Source: an uncultured Candidatus Binatia bacterium (lineage in GTDB: Bacteria; Desulfobacterota; Binatia; Bin18). From it: DNA of 64,000 nucleotides. The stretch spans positions 2,656,001 to 2,720,000 of the forward strand of contig OZ241744.1 in assembly GCA_965200965.1 (NCBI GenBank). The letters run 5' to 3'. The position numbers and the translations under genes were made by a program. The notes below the pieces were generated by a model. It did no database searches, was not told the DNA's origin, and saw nothing but the letters and a program-made list of their open reading frames with translations. This document shows positions 18,576-27,561 of the stretch, piece after piece (position 1 is the first letter of the stretch; every line of letters begins with the position of its first letter).

Positions 18576-18749
18576 TCACGCGCTGCGGCGCAACAGCTCG
18601 GCCAGCACTTCGCCCTGGCGTTCCAGTGCTTGGCCGATCTGGCCAAAGCCGACCACAGCGCTCACGATCAGCCCCGCGACCTCAGCCCAATTCGGCTGCT
18701 GCAAGGCGACTACCGCCTCTCGTGCTGACTGTAAGAATTCGGCGTCCAT
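18576..18749 (-). CDS. Small membrane protein of the 'QALERQG..LAELLRRSA' family (1 repeat)
   Basis: GGAGG SD, one hydrophobic segment, C-terminus nearly identical to 26013-26426. Confidence 0.65.
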   Translation of the reverse strand: MDAEFLQSAREAVVALQQPNWAEVAGLIVSAVVGFGQIGQALERQGEVLAELLRRSA

Positions 18750-18831
18750 CCTGTCCTCCTGCCGGAACGGCACATCCCGCTGCTCGCAAGCGAAATATCA
18801 GTTCCGCCTTCCCGACTGACGGGGGCTGGAG

Positions 18832-19773
18832 CTAGGCGGTGAAATTCAGCTTCAAGCCGGGCCGCGGCCAGTCAAAGGCGACGAGGGTACCGGCTCCCGA
18901 CAGGGTAGCGTAGGCGGTCTTGAGGTCGGGGCCACCAAAGCACACATTGGTCGTGAACGGGTCGGACAGCGGCACATGGTCTACGCCTGAACCGTCTGGC
19001 GCAAAGGCGGAAATGCCGGCCCCGCCCATCAGGGTTGCGACACACACATACCCGGCGCTGTCCACGGCCAGCGAGTCAAGCAGTTGATAACCCGGCAGGC
19101 TGTTCAACAGGCTGGCCCCGCCCGGACCGTCCAGAATAGGACCGCCCGCGCCCTCGGTCCGGGCGACCTCGCCCGGGGCGGTGATGTCCCACTGCCACAC
19201 CCGGCTCTCAAAGGTCTGGGCGATATACAGCTTTTTGTCGCCCGGGGCCAGGCCGATGCCGTTTGGCCCGTCAACCGGCTGGGCGATTTCTGTGATCATC
19301 GAGCCGTCGGGTTTGGCGTAATACACGCCCCCCCGGTCTCGGTCGTGGTCTCTGACCTTGCCAAAATCGGTGAACCAGAAGCCTCCGCTGGCCTCGAACA
19401 CAATGTCATTCGGGCCTTTGAGTTTGTAGCCGTTGCACTCGGTGTACAAGACCTCGACTTTGCCGGTGTTGATATCCACCCGTTGAATACAGCCACCGTT
19501 GTAGTCGGCCGGCACACCGTGGGGAACAGTCAAGCCGTTTACCTCAATCCAGTCAAAGCCACCGTTGTTACACACATAGATTGCACCGTCAGGGCCGATG
19601 GCGGCACCATTTGGGCCACCGCCGGTTTCGGCCACGACCTCCTTGCTGCCGTTGGGTTGGATACGGGTGAGGGTGCCGCGCTTGATCTCGACCACGATCA
19701 CGCTGCCGTCGTCCATCGCAATCGGGCCCTCGGGAAACTGCAAGCCTGCGGTGATTTCTCGAACATCTGCCAT
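18832..19773 (-). CDS. SMP-30/gluconolactonase family protein
   Basis: LQFPEGP, GGGPNG, GPNDIVF, PNGIGL, DSLAVD, TTNVCFGG. Confidence 0.95.
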   Translation of the reverse strand: MADVREITAGLQFPEGPIAMDDGSVIVVEIKRGTLTRIQPNGSKEVVAETGGGPNGAAIGPDGAIYVCNNGGFDWIEVNGLTVPHGVPADYNGGCIQRVDINTGKVEVLYTECNGYKLKGPNDIVFEASGGFWFTDFGKVRDHDRDRGGVYYAKPDGSMITEIAQPVDGPNGIGLAPGDKKLYIAQTFESRVWQWDITAPGEVARTEGAGGPILDGPGGASLLNSLPGYQLLDSLAVDSAGYVCVATLMGGAGISAFAPDGSGVDHVPLSDPFTTNVCFGGPDLKTAYATLSGAGTLVAFDWPRPGLKLNFTA

Positions 19774-19873
19774 GCTGTGTCCTCCTTTCTGACTTTCTGA
19801 TTTGTATTGTAGCACACCGAAGACGGCCACGCTCCCCCTGTCCCGCCGGGTCTGGGTGCGATAGCTTTGGCCG

Positions 19874-20260
19874 GCTCCGAATGGATACCCTGTGGTGAGA
19901 GCGGGCCTTATCGACAAACGGACTAGGCAGATGTTTTACGGCTGGTGGCTGCTTGGTCTGAGCGGCTTCATCTCAAGCCTCCAGACAGCCGGGGTAGCGG
20001 CACTGACCTATGCCACGACGCTTCCGGCACTAGTCGTGTTTGGCCTGGGCTTTGGGGAACGCAATCCGCTGGCGGTGGCGATCCAGGGCGATTATTTTGG
20101 GCAGGCTGAGTTTGGGAAGATTCTGGCTCTGTCCACTGTGCCGATGAATATCCCGATAGTTGGTGGCCGCGCCGTTTGCTGGCTGGATACGCGACCCCCG
20201 GAGGAGCTGTGAAGGGGCGTTTTTGAGTTGGGCGGGGGGGGGTTATTGGCCAAGAGGCCG
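19874..20260 (+). pseudogene. MFS transporter remnant with large internal deletion and frameshift
   Basis: N-terminal MFYGWWL joined directly to C-terminal FGLGFGERNPL...GDYFGQAEFGKI; APFAGW..EGAF continues in another frame. Confidence 0.65.
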
Positions 20261-20381
20261 CAGCTGCGACCGGACGACGCCTGAGCGGCTGGAAGCGGGC
20301 GTTCACCCTGTCCTCTATCGCCTGCCCGCCGGCCCCCACGGTACGCCGTTTCCGTTTCGGTGTTTTTGTCGCCCCGCGGGC

Positions 20382-21392
20382 TCAGCTTTGATGAAAATGC
20401 GGGATCACCTGCGCACCCATCAGCTCAAGCACCCGGTAGGCGTGAGAGGCTTCCATGCCCGGCCACCAGATGCGGAAGATGAAATGGTTGACGCCCAGCC
20501 GGTCACGATGGGCCTCAATCTGCTGGATCACATCGTCCACGCTGCCCAGGATGAAACGGTCACGCGCCAGGGCGTCAAACGGCATGCGGAACGACTCCTG
20601 GCCGGGCATGGCCTTGTCCTGACCCCAGTCAGCATACGCCTGATATTTGCGCTCCAGGTAGGGCCGGGCCACGGCCAGGGCTTCGTCCCGGCTGGTGGCC
20701 AGGTGCATCTCTTTGATGATGGGGATGGCCGGCGGCGGGCTGGCGTTGGCCTCTGCCAGCGCAGCTCTGTAAACCCCCATCTGGCGTTCGAGCGTGGACA
20801 GGGTAGCGTGCGGGTTGAGCAGCCAGGCACAGCCCAAGCGGCCGGCCCGGGCAACGGCGCTGTCATGATTAGCCGCGATCCAGATCGGCGGGTGGGGGTC
20901 TTGGACCGGGCGGATGGTGCAGGTCCCGCCGGTCACACAGAAGTGTTTGCCGGCAAACGTCACCTCTTCCTCGGTCCACAGCCGACGGATCAGGTCCAGG
21001 GCTTCGAGAAAACGGCCGGTGCGGTCCCGGCGGGTGGTATTGAAGGCCGCATACTCAATATCCCGGTAGCCCAGCCCCAGGCCGAACACCACCCGGCCGT
21101 CGCTGATGACATCCAGCGAGGCCACGTCTTCGGCCAGCCCGACCGGACTGTAGAGCGGCAACAGCACAATCGACAGGATGAGGTCCATCGCGCCGCTCTC
21201 GGCCGCCAACCGGGCCAGGAGCGGAATGCTTTGCAGGTTCTGGTACGGCGGCGACAGAAAGTGCTGGCCGCAGGCAATTGAATCAAAGCCGGCGTCGCGT
21301 GCCAGGCGGGTGAGTTCGACCGTTTCGCGGAACCGTTTGGTCGGCGAGTCGGTCCGCGGGTGTTGGGGCATGACCATAATGCCGAACTTCAT
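20382..21392 (-). CDS. LLM-class flavin-dependent oxidoreductase
   Basis: MKFGIM, AGFDSI..QHF, LAEDVASLDVISDGR..GLGLGYR, PVQDPHPPIWIAA. Confidence 0.95.
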   Translation of the reverse strand: MKFGIMVMPQHPRTDSPTKRFRETVELTRLARDAGFDSIACGQHFLSPPYQNLQSIPLLARLAAESGAMDLILSIVLLPLYSPVGLAEDVASLDVISDGRVVFGLGLGYRDIEYAAFNTTRRDRTGRFLEALDLIRRLWTEEEVTFAGKHFCVTGGTCTIRPVQDPHPPIWIAANHDSAVARAGRLGCAWLLNPHATLSTLERQMGVYRAALAEANASPPPAIPIIKEMHLATSRDEALAVARPYLERKYQAYADWGQDKAMPGQESFRMPFDALARDRFILGSVDDVIQQIEAHRDRLGVNHFIFRIWWPGMEASHAYRVLELMGAQVIPHFHQS

Positions 21393-21703
21393 CGCTTCCC
21401 TCCCTGTCGCTCATTCCTGGTACAGCGTAATGTCCAGGTCCGCATAGGCCTCATTGCGCAGGGCAACACAGCCTGATAGTCGGGGTCGCTATACCAGGCT
21501 TCAGCCGCGGCCTTATCTGGAAAACGGACCACGATGCCGACCTGATACTCCCTTGAGCCGTGCAGCTTGCCCAGGCCACCGCCTCGTGCCAGGACTTCAC
21601 CGCCGTGCTTGGCGATGACCGTCCGGGCCGCCTGCTGGTAGCGTTGCAGGGTCTCCGCCTTTGTTGGATCAGGATTGCCTTGAACCACAACCATGACACT
21701 CAT
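21389..21703 (-). CDS. DUF1330 protein with an apparent 1-nt frameshift near the 3' end
   Basis: HGGEVLARGG, VRFPDKAAAEAWYSDPDYQ; adding one C at about 21461 restores LRNEAYADLDITLYQE*. Confidence 0.8.
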   Translation of the reverse strand: MSVMVVVQGNPDPTKAETLQRYQQAARTVIAKHGGEVLARGGGLGKLHGSREYQVGIVVRFPDKAAAEAWYSDPDYQAVLPCAMRPMRTWTLRCTRNERQGGKR

Positions 21704-21800
21704 GAAGATACTCCTTTCGGGGATTCTTGTAGCCGCCGGGTCACGGCTTCACAACGCTATCCCAGCGATTCCATTTCAGTAGTGAGGCCGATGGAAGCCC

Positions 21801-22964
21801 TCAGAAAAGGCTGGTCCAGAACTTGAACAACAGCGTGCCGATAAAGGTCCCCAGGGCATAGCCGAGCACGCCCACCAGCACCCCGGGCGTCACCAGATTG
21901 TGCCAGCCCTTGGCCGCGGCCAGGGCTGGCGCGGTTGTCGCGCCCAGAATGGCCGCGTTGGAAGCGGTAATCAGCTCGGGCAGGCTGAGTCGGCACGCAC
22001 TGCCGACCGCAAACGTCACCAGCGCGTGAACGCTCAGCAGGATCAGCACCAGCAGGGTCAGCAGCGGTGCCACCTCGATCATGGCAACAAGGTCGGCACC
22101 GGCGGCAATCGCCGCAAAAAACACAAAGGACAGGCCCACCCCCAGTTCAAAACTGCCGGCCAGTTTGTGCGCCAGGTCTGGAACTAGGCTAGCCAGCCCC
22201 AAGCTCATGGCGGTGATAATCACATAGCGCCAGTCGGGCGCGTCCAGGACCACCACCAGCCCATCCCCCAGCGCGACGACCACCAGGGCCACGGCCACGG
22301 CAAGGGTCAGCGACATGGCTGTGACCGGTACCGCCGGCCCTGTCTCCTGCAAGTTGCCGGCGTGGTCGTGGGCAGGAAAATACCGCGCCAGCCAAGCCCA
22401 GGCCGGCAGCAGGGCGAGCAGACCCAGATAGACCGCGCTGTATAAATTGTCGGTGGCCGTCGCCGCGGAGAAAAACGACGCATCTCGCTGCAAACCGGTC
22501 ATCTCCCCCAGGGCCGCATAGTTGACCGAGCCACCGATATACGTTGAGGCAAACAGCCCGGCAATGGCCGCCTCGCGCCGTTCCGCCGGCAGGCCGGACG
22601 CCGCCCCCAGACCGCTCAGGTCCAGCAGCAACACCGCCACCGTAACGCCGGCGACGGTCCCCGCGCTTGCCAGCAGGAAGGCCAGGGTGGTCCGCGTGGT
22701 GTCAAAAAAGATGCGCCGCAGGTTGGCCTGAAACAGAAACAGCGGGACCAGCAGCGGCACAACATAGGTGAAGACAAAGCCGTAGACCGGCGCAGCGTGG
22801 GGAATGAGCCCCAGATTCGCCGCGGCAATAGCGCCCAGAATGGCGATGACCGCGCCGGTCAAATGCGCACCGACCCGGGTCTTTTCCCCCAAAAAGCCGA
22901 GGCCGGCAATGACAAACAGGGCGGCTGTGACTGCCGTGTGATTGTCCGCGGACGCCAGGGCCAT
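21801..22964 (-). CDS. DUF819 family membrane protein
   Basis: Polytopic; STYIGGSVNY, ASNAAILGATTA, LVGVLGYALGT. Confidence 0.85.
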   Translation of the reverse strand: MALASADNHTAVTAALFVIAGLGFLGEKTRVGAHLTGAVIAILGAIAAANLGLIPHAAPVYGFVFTYVVPLLVPLFLFQANLRRIFFDTTRTTLAFLLASAGTVAGVTVAVLLLDLSGLGAASGLPAERREAAIAGLFASTYIGGSVNYAALGEMTGLQRDASFFSAATATDNLYSAVYLGLLALLPAWAWLARYFPAHDHAGNLQETGPAVPVTAMSLTLAVAVALVVVALGDGLVVVLDAPDWRYVIITAMSLGLASLVPDLAHKLAGSFELGVGLSFVFFAAIAAGADLVAMIEVAPLLTLLVLILLSVHALVTFAVGSACRLSLPELITASNAAILGATTAPALAAAKGWHNLVTPGVLVGVLGYALGTFIGTLLFKFWTSLF

Positions 22965-22988
22965 CAGTGAACCTCCCCTTCCCGAAGA

Positions 22989-23465
22989 TCAGGGCTGCTC
23001 CGCCGCGGCCCGAAACGGCTCCAGCTCGGCAACATTGCCGCTCCGCAGCAGATCCACAACCCAACGGTGGCCGTCTTCGGCTTCCTGCCGCTGGTGCCAC
23101 TGCAAGCCGTACACAGCCCGCGCCTCCTCAGCCACCTCTTCCCCTTGGAGCGGATACACCGCGGTGCCAAAGCGGGCCCCAGCCTGGCCTCTGGCCCGCC
23201 GCGCAATATAGGGCGGAAACTGCCGGGTCGAGACCACAAACGGGTGGGGGGAAGCCGCAACCTGATCCTCCCAGCCCTTGGCCCGCCACATCGGACTGAA
23301 TCCGTAATACCAGCCACAGACGGCGCTGAGGCCGAGCAGGCCGAGGCCGCCGCCGACCATCCACGGGCCATACGGAGAATGGTAGGCCCAGGCCAGCCCG
23401 CCGAAAAACAGGCTCGTCAGGCCACTCACCACCCCGGCGTGGGTCATAATTGTAATCGTCCTCAC
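22989..23465 (-). CDS. Hypothetical membrane protein (2 TM)
   Basis: Two N-terminal hydrophobic segments; co-oriented immediately upstream of DUF819. Confidence 0.55.
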   Translation of the reverse strand: MRTITIMTHAGVVSGLTSLFFGGLAWAYHSPYGPWMVGGGLGLLGLSAVCGWYYGFSPMWRAKGWEDQVAASPHPFVVSTRQFPPYIARRARGQAGARFGTAVYPLQGEEVAEEARAVYGLQWHQRQEAEDGHRWVVDLLRSGNVAELEPFRAAAEQP

Positions 23466-23625
23466 CCGCGTCTCCTCTCACCCTTATAGTCCTCCCGCCG
23501 ACTCCCCCGCAATTGGGGGCCGGCCCATCCTTCTTGCTTTTCGGACGAATTTCAGATAGGGGGGGCCTCATCCTGTCCGCCGGCAGCACACACCCGGGGG
23601 ACCCCATCAGGCAGGGGGGAACACG

Positions 23626-24330
23626 ATGCAGCGGAACTTCGGCTTCTGGGTCCTGTGGGCTGTCGCCATTGTCAGCATGAGCGGCTGCGGTCTGTCGGCA
23701 AAAAAGCGTGACGGCCTCGTGCTCGGCGCACTGGCCGGGGCACTGGCCGGCGGGGGGGCCGGCGCTGGAATTGGCCCGGAAGCCAGCAATAATGAGGGCG
23801 ATGGACGGGCGGCCGGGATTGCCATTGGCGCTGCGGCCGGGGCAATCATCGGCGGGCTCATCGGCTATGCGCTGGCAGAAGAGGAAGCTCCGCCACCGCC
23901 ACCCCCGCCCCTTCCGCCGCCGGCAGACCCGGTGCCAGACCCGGTGCCAGACCCGGTGCCAGACCCGGACCCGTGCCAGGGACTCGTCCTGCCGGGCATC
24001 ATGTTTGACTTTGACCAAGCGGATATTCGGCCCGAATTCGATCCGGTGCTCAATACACTGGCACGCCGACTCGGGGAGTGCGCCGATATCAGTCTCACTG
24101 TCGAAGGGCATACCGACTCGCGCGGCTCTGAGGACTATAACCAAACCCTGTCCGAGCGGCGGGCCGAGGCCGTCGCCGGCTACCTGGAAGCCCGGGGGGT
24201 GGATGCCGGACGGCTTGAGGCAGTCGGTATGGGGGAGAGCGCGCCGGTCGAACTGAACCAGAACCCGGACGGCAGCGATAACCCGGACGGGCGGGCCAAG
24301 AACCGCCGGGTCGTCCTGAGTCCCCGCTAG
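23626..24330 (+). CDS. OmpA-family lipoprotein with glycine zipper and Pro-rich (PDPV) linker
   Basis: Lipobox MSGC, FDFDQA, VEGHTDSRG, NQTLSERRAEAV, NRRV. Confidence 0.93.
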   Translation: MQRNFGFWVLWAVAIVSMSGCGLSAKKRDGLVLGALAGALAGGGAGAGIGPEASNNEGDGRAAGIAIGAAAGAIIGGLIGYALAEEEAPPPPPPPLPPPADPVPDPVPDPVPDPDPCQGLVLPGIMFDFDQADIRPEFDPVLNTLARRLGECADISLTVEGHTDSRGSEDYNQTLSERRAEAVAGYLEARGVDAGRLEAVGMGESAPVELNQNPDGSDNPDGRAKNRRVVLSPR

Positions 24331-24359
24331 ACAGATGCGGAGGGCTGCCAGCGCACTCG

Positions 24360-24745
24360 CCGGTATTCGGGTCATTGACCTCTACCAATAACCAGGCCGG
24401 CCCGTCGTGTGGGCAGATATTGGCTTGGCTCAGGGCCGAGGTGACCAAGGTTGAGGAACCGGGCAAAGGAGACATCGCCCGGACGAGTCTGGGCGACCAA
24501 CCGGGCGTCGATAGCCTGTTCTTTCTGACCTTCAATGTCACTAAGCGCAGCCTGACGATCAACCTCAAAAGCGCTCAGGGCAAACAGGTGTTTGCCAAAC
24601 TGATCACAACGGGCGATGGGCGGCTCAATGAGTGTCACCGGCTTTCCCGATAGACCCCCAACAGCTAACCTGGGCGTGTGTCGGTGATCCGGGCACCGGG
24701 ATGCATTGCACCATCGTCATCCTGGCCGCCCTCAGGCAAGCCGGC
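24360..24745 (+). pseudogene. Formyl-CoA transferase (Frc/CaiB family) remnant
   Basis: QAGPSCGQILAW..KVEEPGKGDIAR..FNVTKRSLTINLKS, then stop; distal piece VGDPGTGMHCTIVILAALRQ at about 24680-24740. Confidence 0.75.
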
Positions 24746-24829
24746 GCGATTTGAGAGAGATACCGGGACATCCCAGCAGAAATTGCACCGTTCACTGCGG
24801 TCCTGCAGGAAGATGGGGGAAACAGACCG

Positions 24830-24892
24830 GTCAAGCGCTGCCGGTGGAGTTGCTCTGCCAGGACTCGCCTTTGCCGTTCGAGGCTCTGACCT
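24830..24892 (-). pseudogene. Degenerate third copy of the 'ERQG..VLAE..SA*' C-terminus
   Basis: Minus strand GGTCAGAGCCTCGAACGGCAA...GTCCTGGCAGAG...AGCGCTTGA (GQSLERQ..VLAE..SA*) with indels. Confidence 0.6.
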
Positions 24893-25347
24893 TCGGCTAG
24901 CACGGTCAGGGAGACACCTGTGCCGAGTTGACATAAGACAGCCTCTAGCGTGCCGGCCTTAGTGGCATGGTCGGGGTTCAACATACGCCGAACCTCGTTT
25001 TCAGCAATGCCCAGGCTGCGGGCGAGAGCGCGTTGCGATATGTCGGCTTGGCGATAGGCTTGGCAGAAGGCCGCTTTCAGGGCGATCTGCAACGGCAGAA
25101 CGACCAACGACCGTCGTTTGCTGGCGCGTGACGGCTCGGGTAAGGCTCGGCCTTCGCGGATCGTTGCAGCGATCAATTCCCGGAGCAAGTCCTTAGCCTC
25201 GTCCAGCGCCTCATCAACCGTGGTTTTCCGATCGCCCACATAGAATGTCCCATGCGAGCCTGCCCCTTTCGAGGCTATGAAGTTTGTCGCCCGACCCCTG
25301 GATTTGGTCCACTTGCGTGCGCGCTGCATGAATCGTCGTCCAGTCAC
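24893..25347 (-). pseudogene. hicAB toxin-antitoxin remnant; HicA N-terminus fused in frame to the HicB C-terminal part
   Basis: KGAGSHGTFYVGDRKTTV (HicA) joined to DEALDEAKDLL..GRALPEPS..ISQRALARSLGIAENEVRRMLNPDHATK (HicB HTH). Confidence 0.8.
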
Positions 25348-25451
25348 AGCCCTCGTCCTGGGGGCAACCGTACGCACAAAAATGAGCGCGCATCAAAGGG
25401 ATGAGGGGAGAGAACAGCCGCAGGTAAAAACTCGCCCTCTCACTCCTGTCT

Positions 25452-25541
25452 GCCGGGACACCAAGCCCGAACTTCTCGCGGATTCGGACCTCAAGGTCGG
25501 CCGCAATCTCAGGATTCTCTCGCAGACAGGTCTTGGCGTTC
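25452..25541 (-). repeat. 90-bp duplicate of the recA 3' end (att-like direct repeat)
   Basis: 88/90 identical to 26481-26570; offset 1029 bp. Confidence 0.95.
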
Positions 25542-25686
25542 AGCAATTGCTTTCAGTAACCCATGAGCATCAACCGGGGGTCTCTGATAGTACAATTGCT
25601 TGAGATCGCTAAGGCTCTTTGCAATTGAACAGTAAGCGCTCACCGTGGGCCCAAGTCGGACACTCTCGTCGTAATCGTGTATAGCT

Positions 25687-25992
25687 TCAATCCAATGGTC
25701 CTTTTTTCAGCCTCTTTATCCAGGGTAGAGTGCGTGAAGAAAGCTCATACACCGAGAATAATATGGCGGAGACCGCCACGTTTCCATATTGCCCGCAGGT
25801 CTGCTGCGCCCAGGCATCAATGATGGATTGGACGGCCAGGGCGGATGCACTCGTAACCGGTACCCTATTCCTACTCAATTCCTCCATGACTATGGGGCCA
25901 TGGTACGGCTTGGCTAACTCCGCCATCATCTCTGCGCAACCGACCCGGGCACAGACACCGACCAGGATGACCACCATTGGCAGCGCTCTCAT
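25687..25992 (-). CDS. Hypothetical lipoprotein-like ORF, possibly degraded
   Basis: GAGGG SD, hydrophobic leader ending VGC; no recognisable domain. Confidence 0.4.
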   Translation of the reverse strand: MRALPMVVILVGVCARVGCAEMMAELAKPYHGPIVMEELSRNRVPVTSASALAVQSIIDAWAQQTCGQYGNVAVSAILFSVYELSSRTLPWIKRLKKGPLD

Positions 25993-26012
25993 CGGCCCCT
26001 CTCTGGTATGGC

Positions 26013-26426
26013 TCACGCGCTGCGGCGGAGCAACTCCGCCAGGACTTGGCTTTGCCGTTCGAGGGCTTGGCCTTGCCGTTCGAGGGCTTGGCCTTGCCGT
26101 TCGAGGGCTTGGCCTAAAGTTTGGCCTTGCCGTTCGAGGGCTTGGCCTAAAGTTTGGCCTTGCCGTTCGAGGGCTTGGCTTTGCCGTTCGAGGGCTTGGC
26201 CTTGCCGTTCGAGGGCTTGGCCTTGCCGTTCGAGGGCTTGGCCCAAGGTTTGGCCTTGCCGTTCAAGGGCACGGGTGCTCTCCCGCATGGTCTCGGCCAA
26301 TACATCAATTTCCTGGTCGCGCCGACGGCCAGCTTGCCGCATCTGGACCAAGCCCCAGAAAATCGCGCCCAGGCCAAGCCCACTGAGGCCGAGCTGTGCC
26401 CACATGCCGATGATCTGCTGTTCCAT
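26013..26426 (-). CDS. Single-TM coiled-coil protein with 9 ALERQ repeats
   Basis: N-terminal TM, 7-aa (21 bp) and 11-aa (33 bp) tandem units, ends VLAELLRRSA. Confidence 0.8.
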   Translation of the reverse strand: MEQQIIGMWAQLGLSGLGLGAIFWGLVQMRQAGRRRDQEIDVLAETMRESTRALERQGQTLGQALERQGQALERQGQALERQSQALERQGQTLGQALERQGQTLGQALERQGQALERQGQALERQSQVLAELLRRSA

Positions 26427-26473
26427 CTTGTCTTCCGGCGAAGCGACCCACCTTATTCGGCGGGTTCCTGTGG

Positions 26474-27493
26474 CTAGTAGGCCGGGACACCAATCCCGAA
26501 CTTCTCGCGGATTCGGACCTCAAGGTCGGCCGCAATCTCAGGATTCTCTCGCAGATAGGTCTTGGCGTTCTCCCGGCCCTGGCCAATCCGGTCTCCGCTG
26601 TACGAATACCAGGCCCCGGCTTTCTCGATAATGCCCTGGTCGGTCCCGATGTCGATCAGCTCGCCCTCTTTTGACACCCCCCGGCCGTACACGACATCAA
26701 ACTCCGCCTCCTTGAACGGCGGCGCAAGCTTGTTTTTCACCACCTTGACCCTGGTGCGATTGCCGATAACGGCGTCAGTGCTCTTGACCGCCCCGGTCCG
26801 GCGGATGTCCAAGCGGACCGAGGCGTAAAATTTGAGGGCGTTGCCGCCGGTCGTGGTCTCGGGGTTGCCGAACATCACGCCGATCTTCATTCGGACCTGG
26901 TTAATGAAGATAACCATCGTTTTTGAGCGCGAAATCGTGCCGACCAGCTTACGCAGGGCTTGGGACATGAGGCGGGCCTGGAGTCCCATCTGGGGCTCGC
27001 CCATCTCTCCTTCAATCTCTGCCCGGGGGACGAGGGCGGCCACCGAGTCAACCACCACGACATCAATCGCCCCGCTGCGCACCAGGGTTTCGGTAATCTC
27101 AAGGGCCTGCTCCCCGTTGTCCGGCTGGGAGATCAGCAGTTCGTCACTCTGTACGCCCAGCTTTTTGGCATAGGCCATATCGAGGGCGTGTTCGGCGTCC
27201 ACAAAGGCGCAGGTACCGCCCGCTTTCTGGGCCTGGGCCACTACATGCAGGGCCAGGGTCGTTTTTCCCGAAGACTCGGGGCCATAGATTTCAATCACCC
27301 GACCGCGCGGCAGCCCACCGATACCCAAGGCCAGGTCGAGGCTCAGCGAACCGGTCGAGATGGACTCAATGTCCTCAATGACGGCATCTTCGCCAAAGCG
27401 CATAATTGAGCCTTTGCCAAACTGCTTTTCAATCTGGCTGACCGCTAAATCAAGCGCACGTTCACGGTCTCTGGCGTCTTTTTCACTCGCCAT
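26474..27493 (-). CDS. recA: Recombinase RecA
   Basis: [40 protein letters not shown]. Confidence 0.99.
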   Translation of the reverse strand: MASEKDARDRERALDLAVSQIEKQFGKGSIMRFGEDAVIEDIESISTGSLSLDLALGIGGLPRGRVIEIYGPESSGKTTLALHVVAQAQKAGGTCAFVDAEHALDMAYAKKLGVQSDELLISQPDNGEQALEITETLVRSGAIDVVVVDSVAALVPRAEIEGEMGEPQMGLQARLMSQALRKLVGTISRSKTMVIFINQVRMKIGVMFGNPETTTGGNALKFYASVRLDIRRTGAVKSTDAVIGNRTRVKVVKNKLAPPFKEAEFDVVYGRGVSKEGELIDIGTDQGIIEKAGAWYSYSGDRIGQGRENAKTYLRENPEIAADLEVRIREKFGIGVPAY

Positions 27494-27561
27494 AGCTCGC
27501 TCCTTCGTGTCTGCACAGTGGACGATGATCTCTTCGGAGGGTAGCGTTGCCCACTTTGGGT

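Noticed and set aside
23504-23519. CCCCC-GCAATT-GGGGG hairpin as a REP or terminator
   Set aside because: Single short copy between divergent genes; not enough evidence
25214-25546. 110-aa ORF as a second recA
   Set aside because: Only about 30 codons match RecA (the duplicated 3' end); the rest is unrelated readthrough
26040-26270. Short tandem repeats resembling a CRISPR array
   Set aside because: Units are contiguous 21/33-bp in-frame coding repeats with no unique spacers, and no cas genes are present
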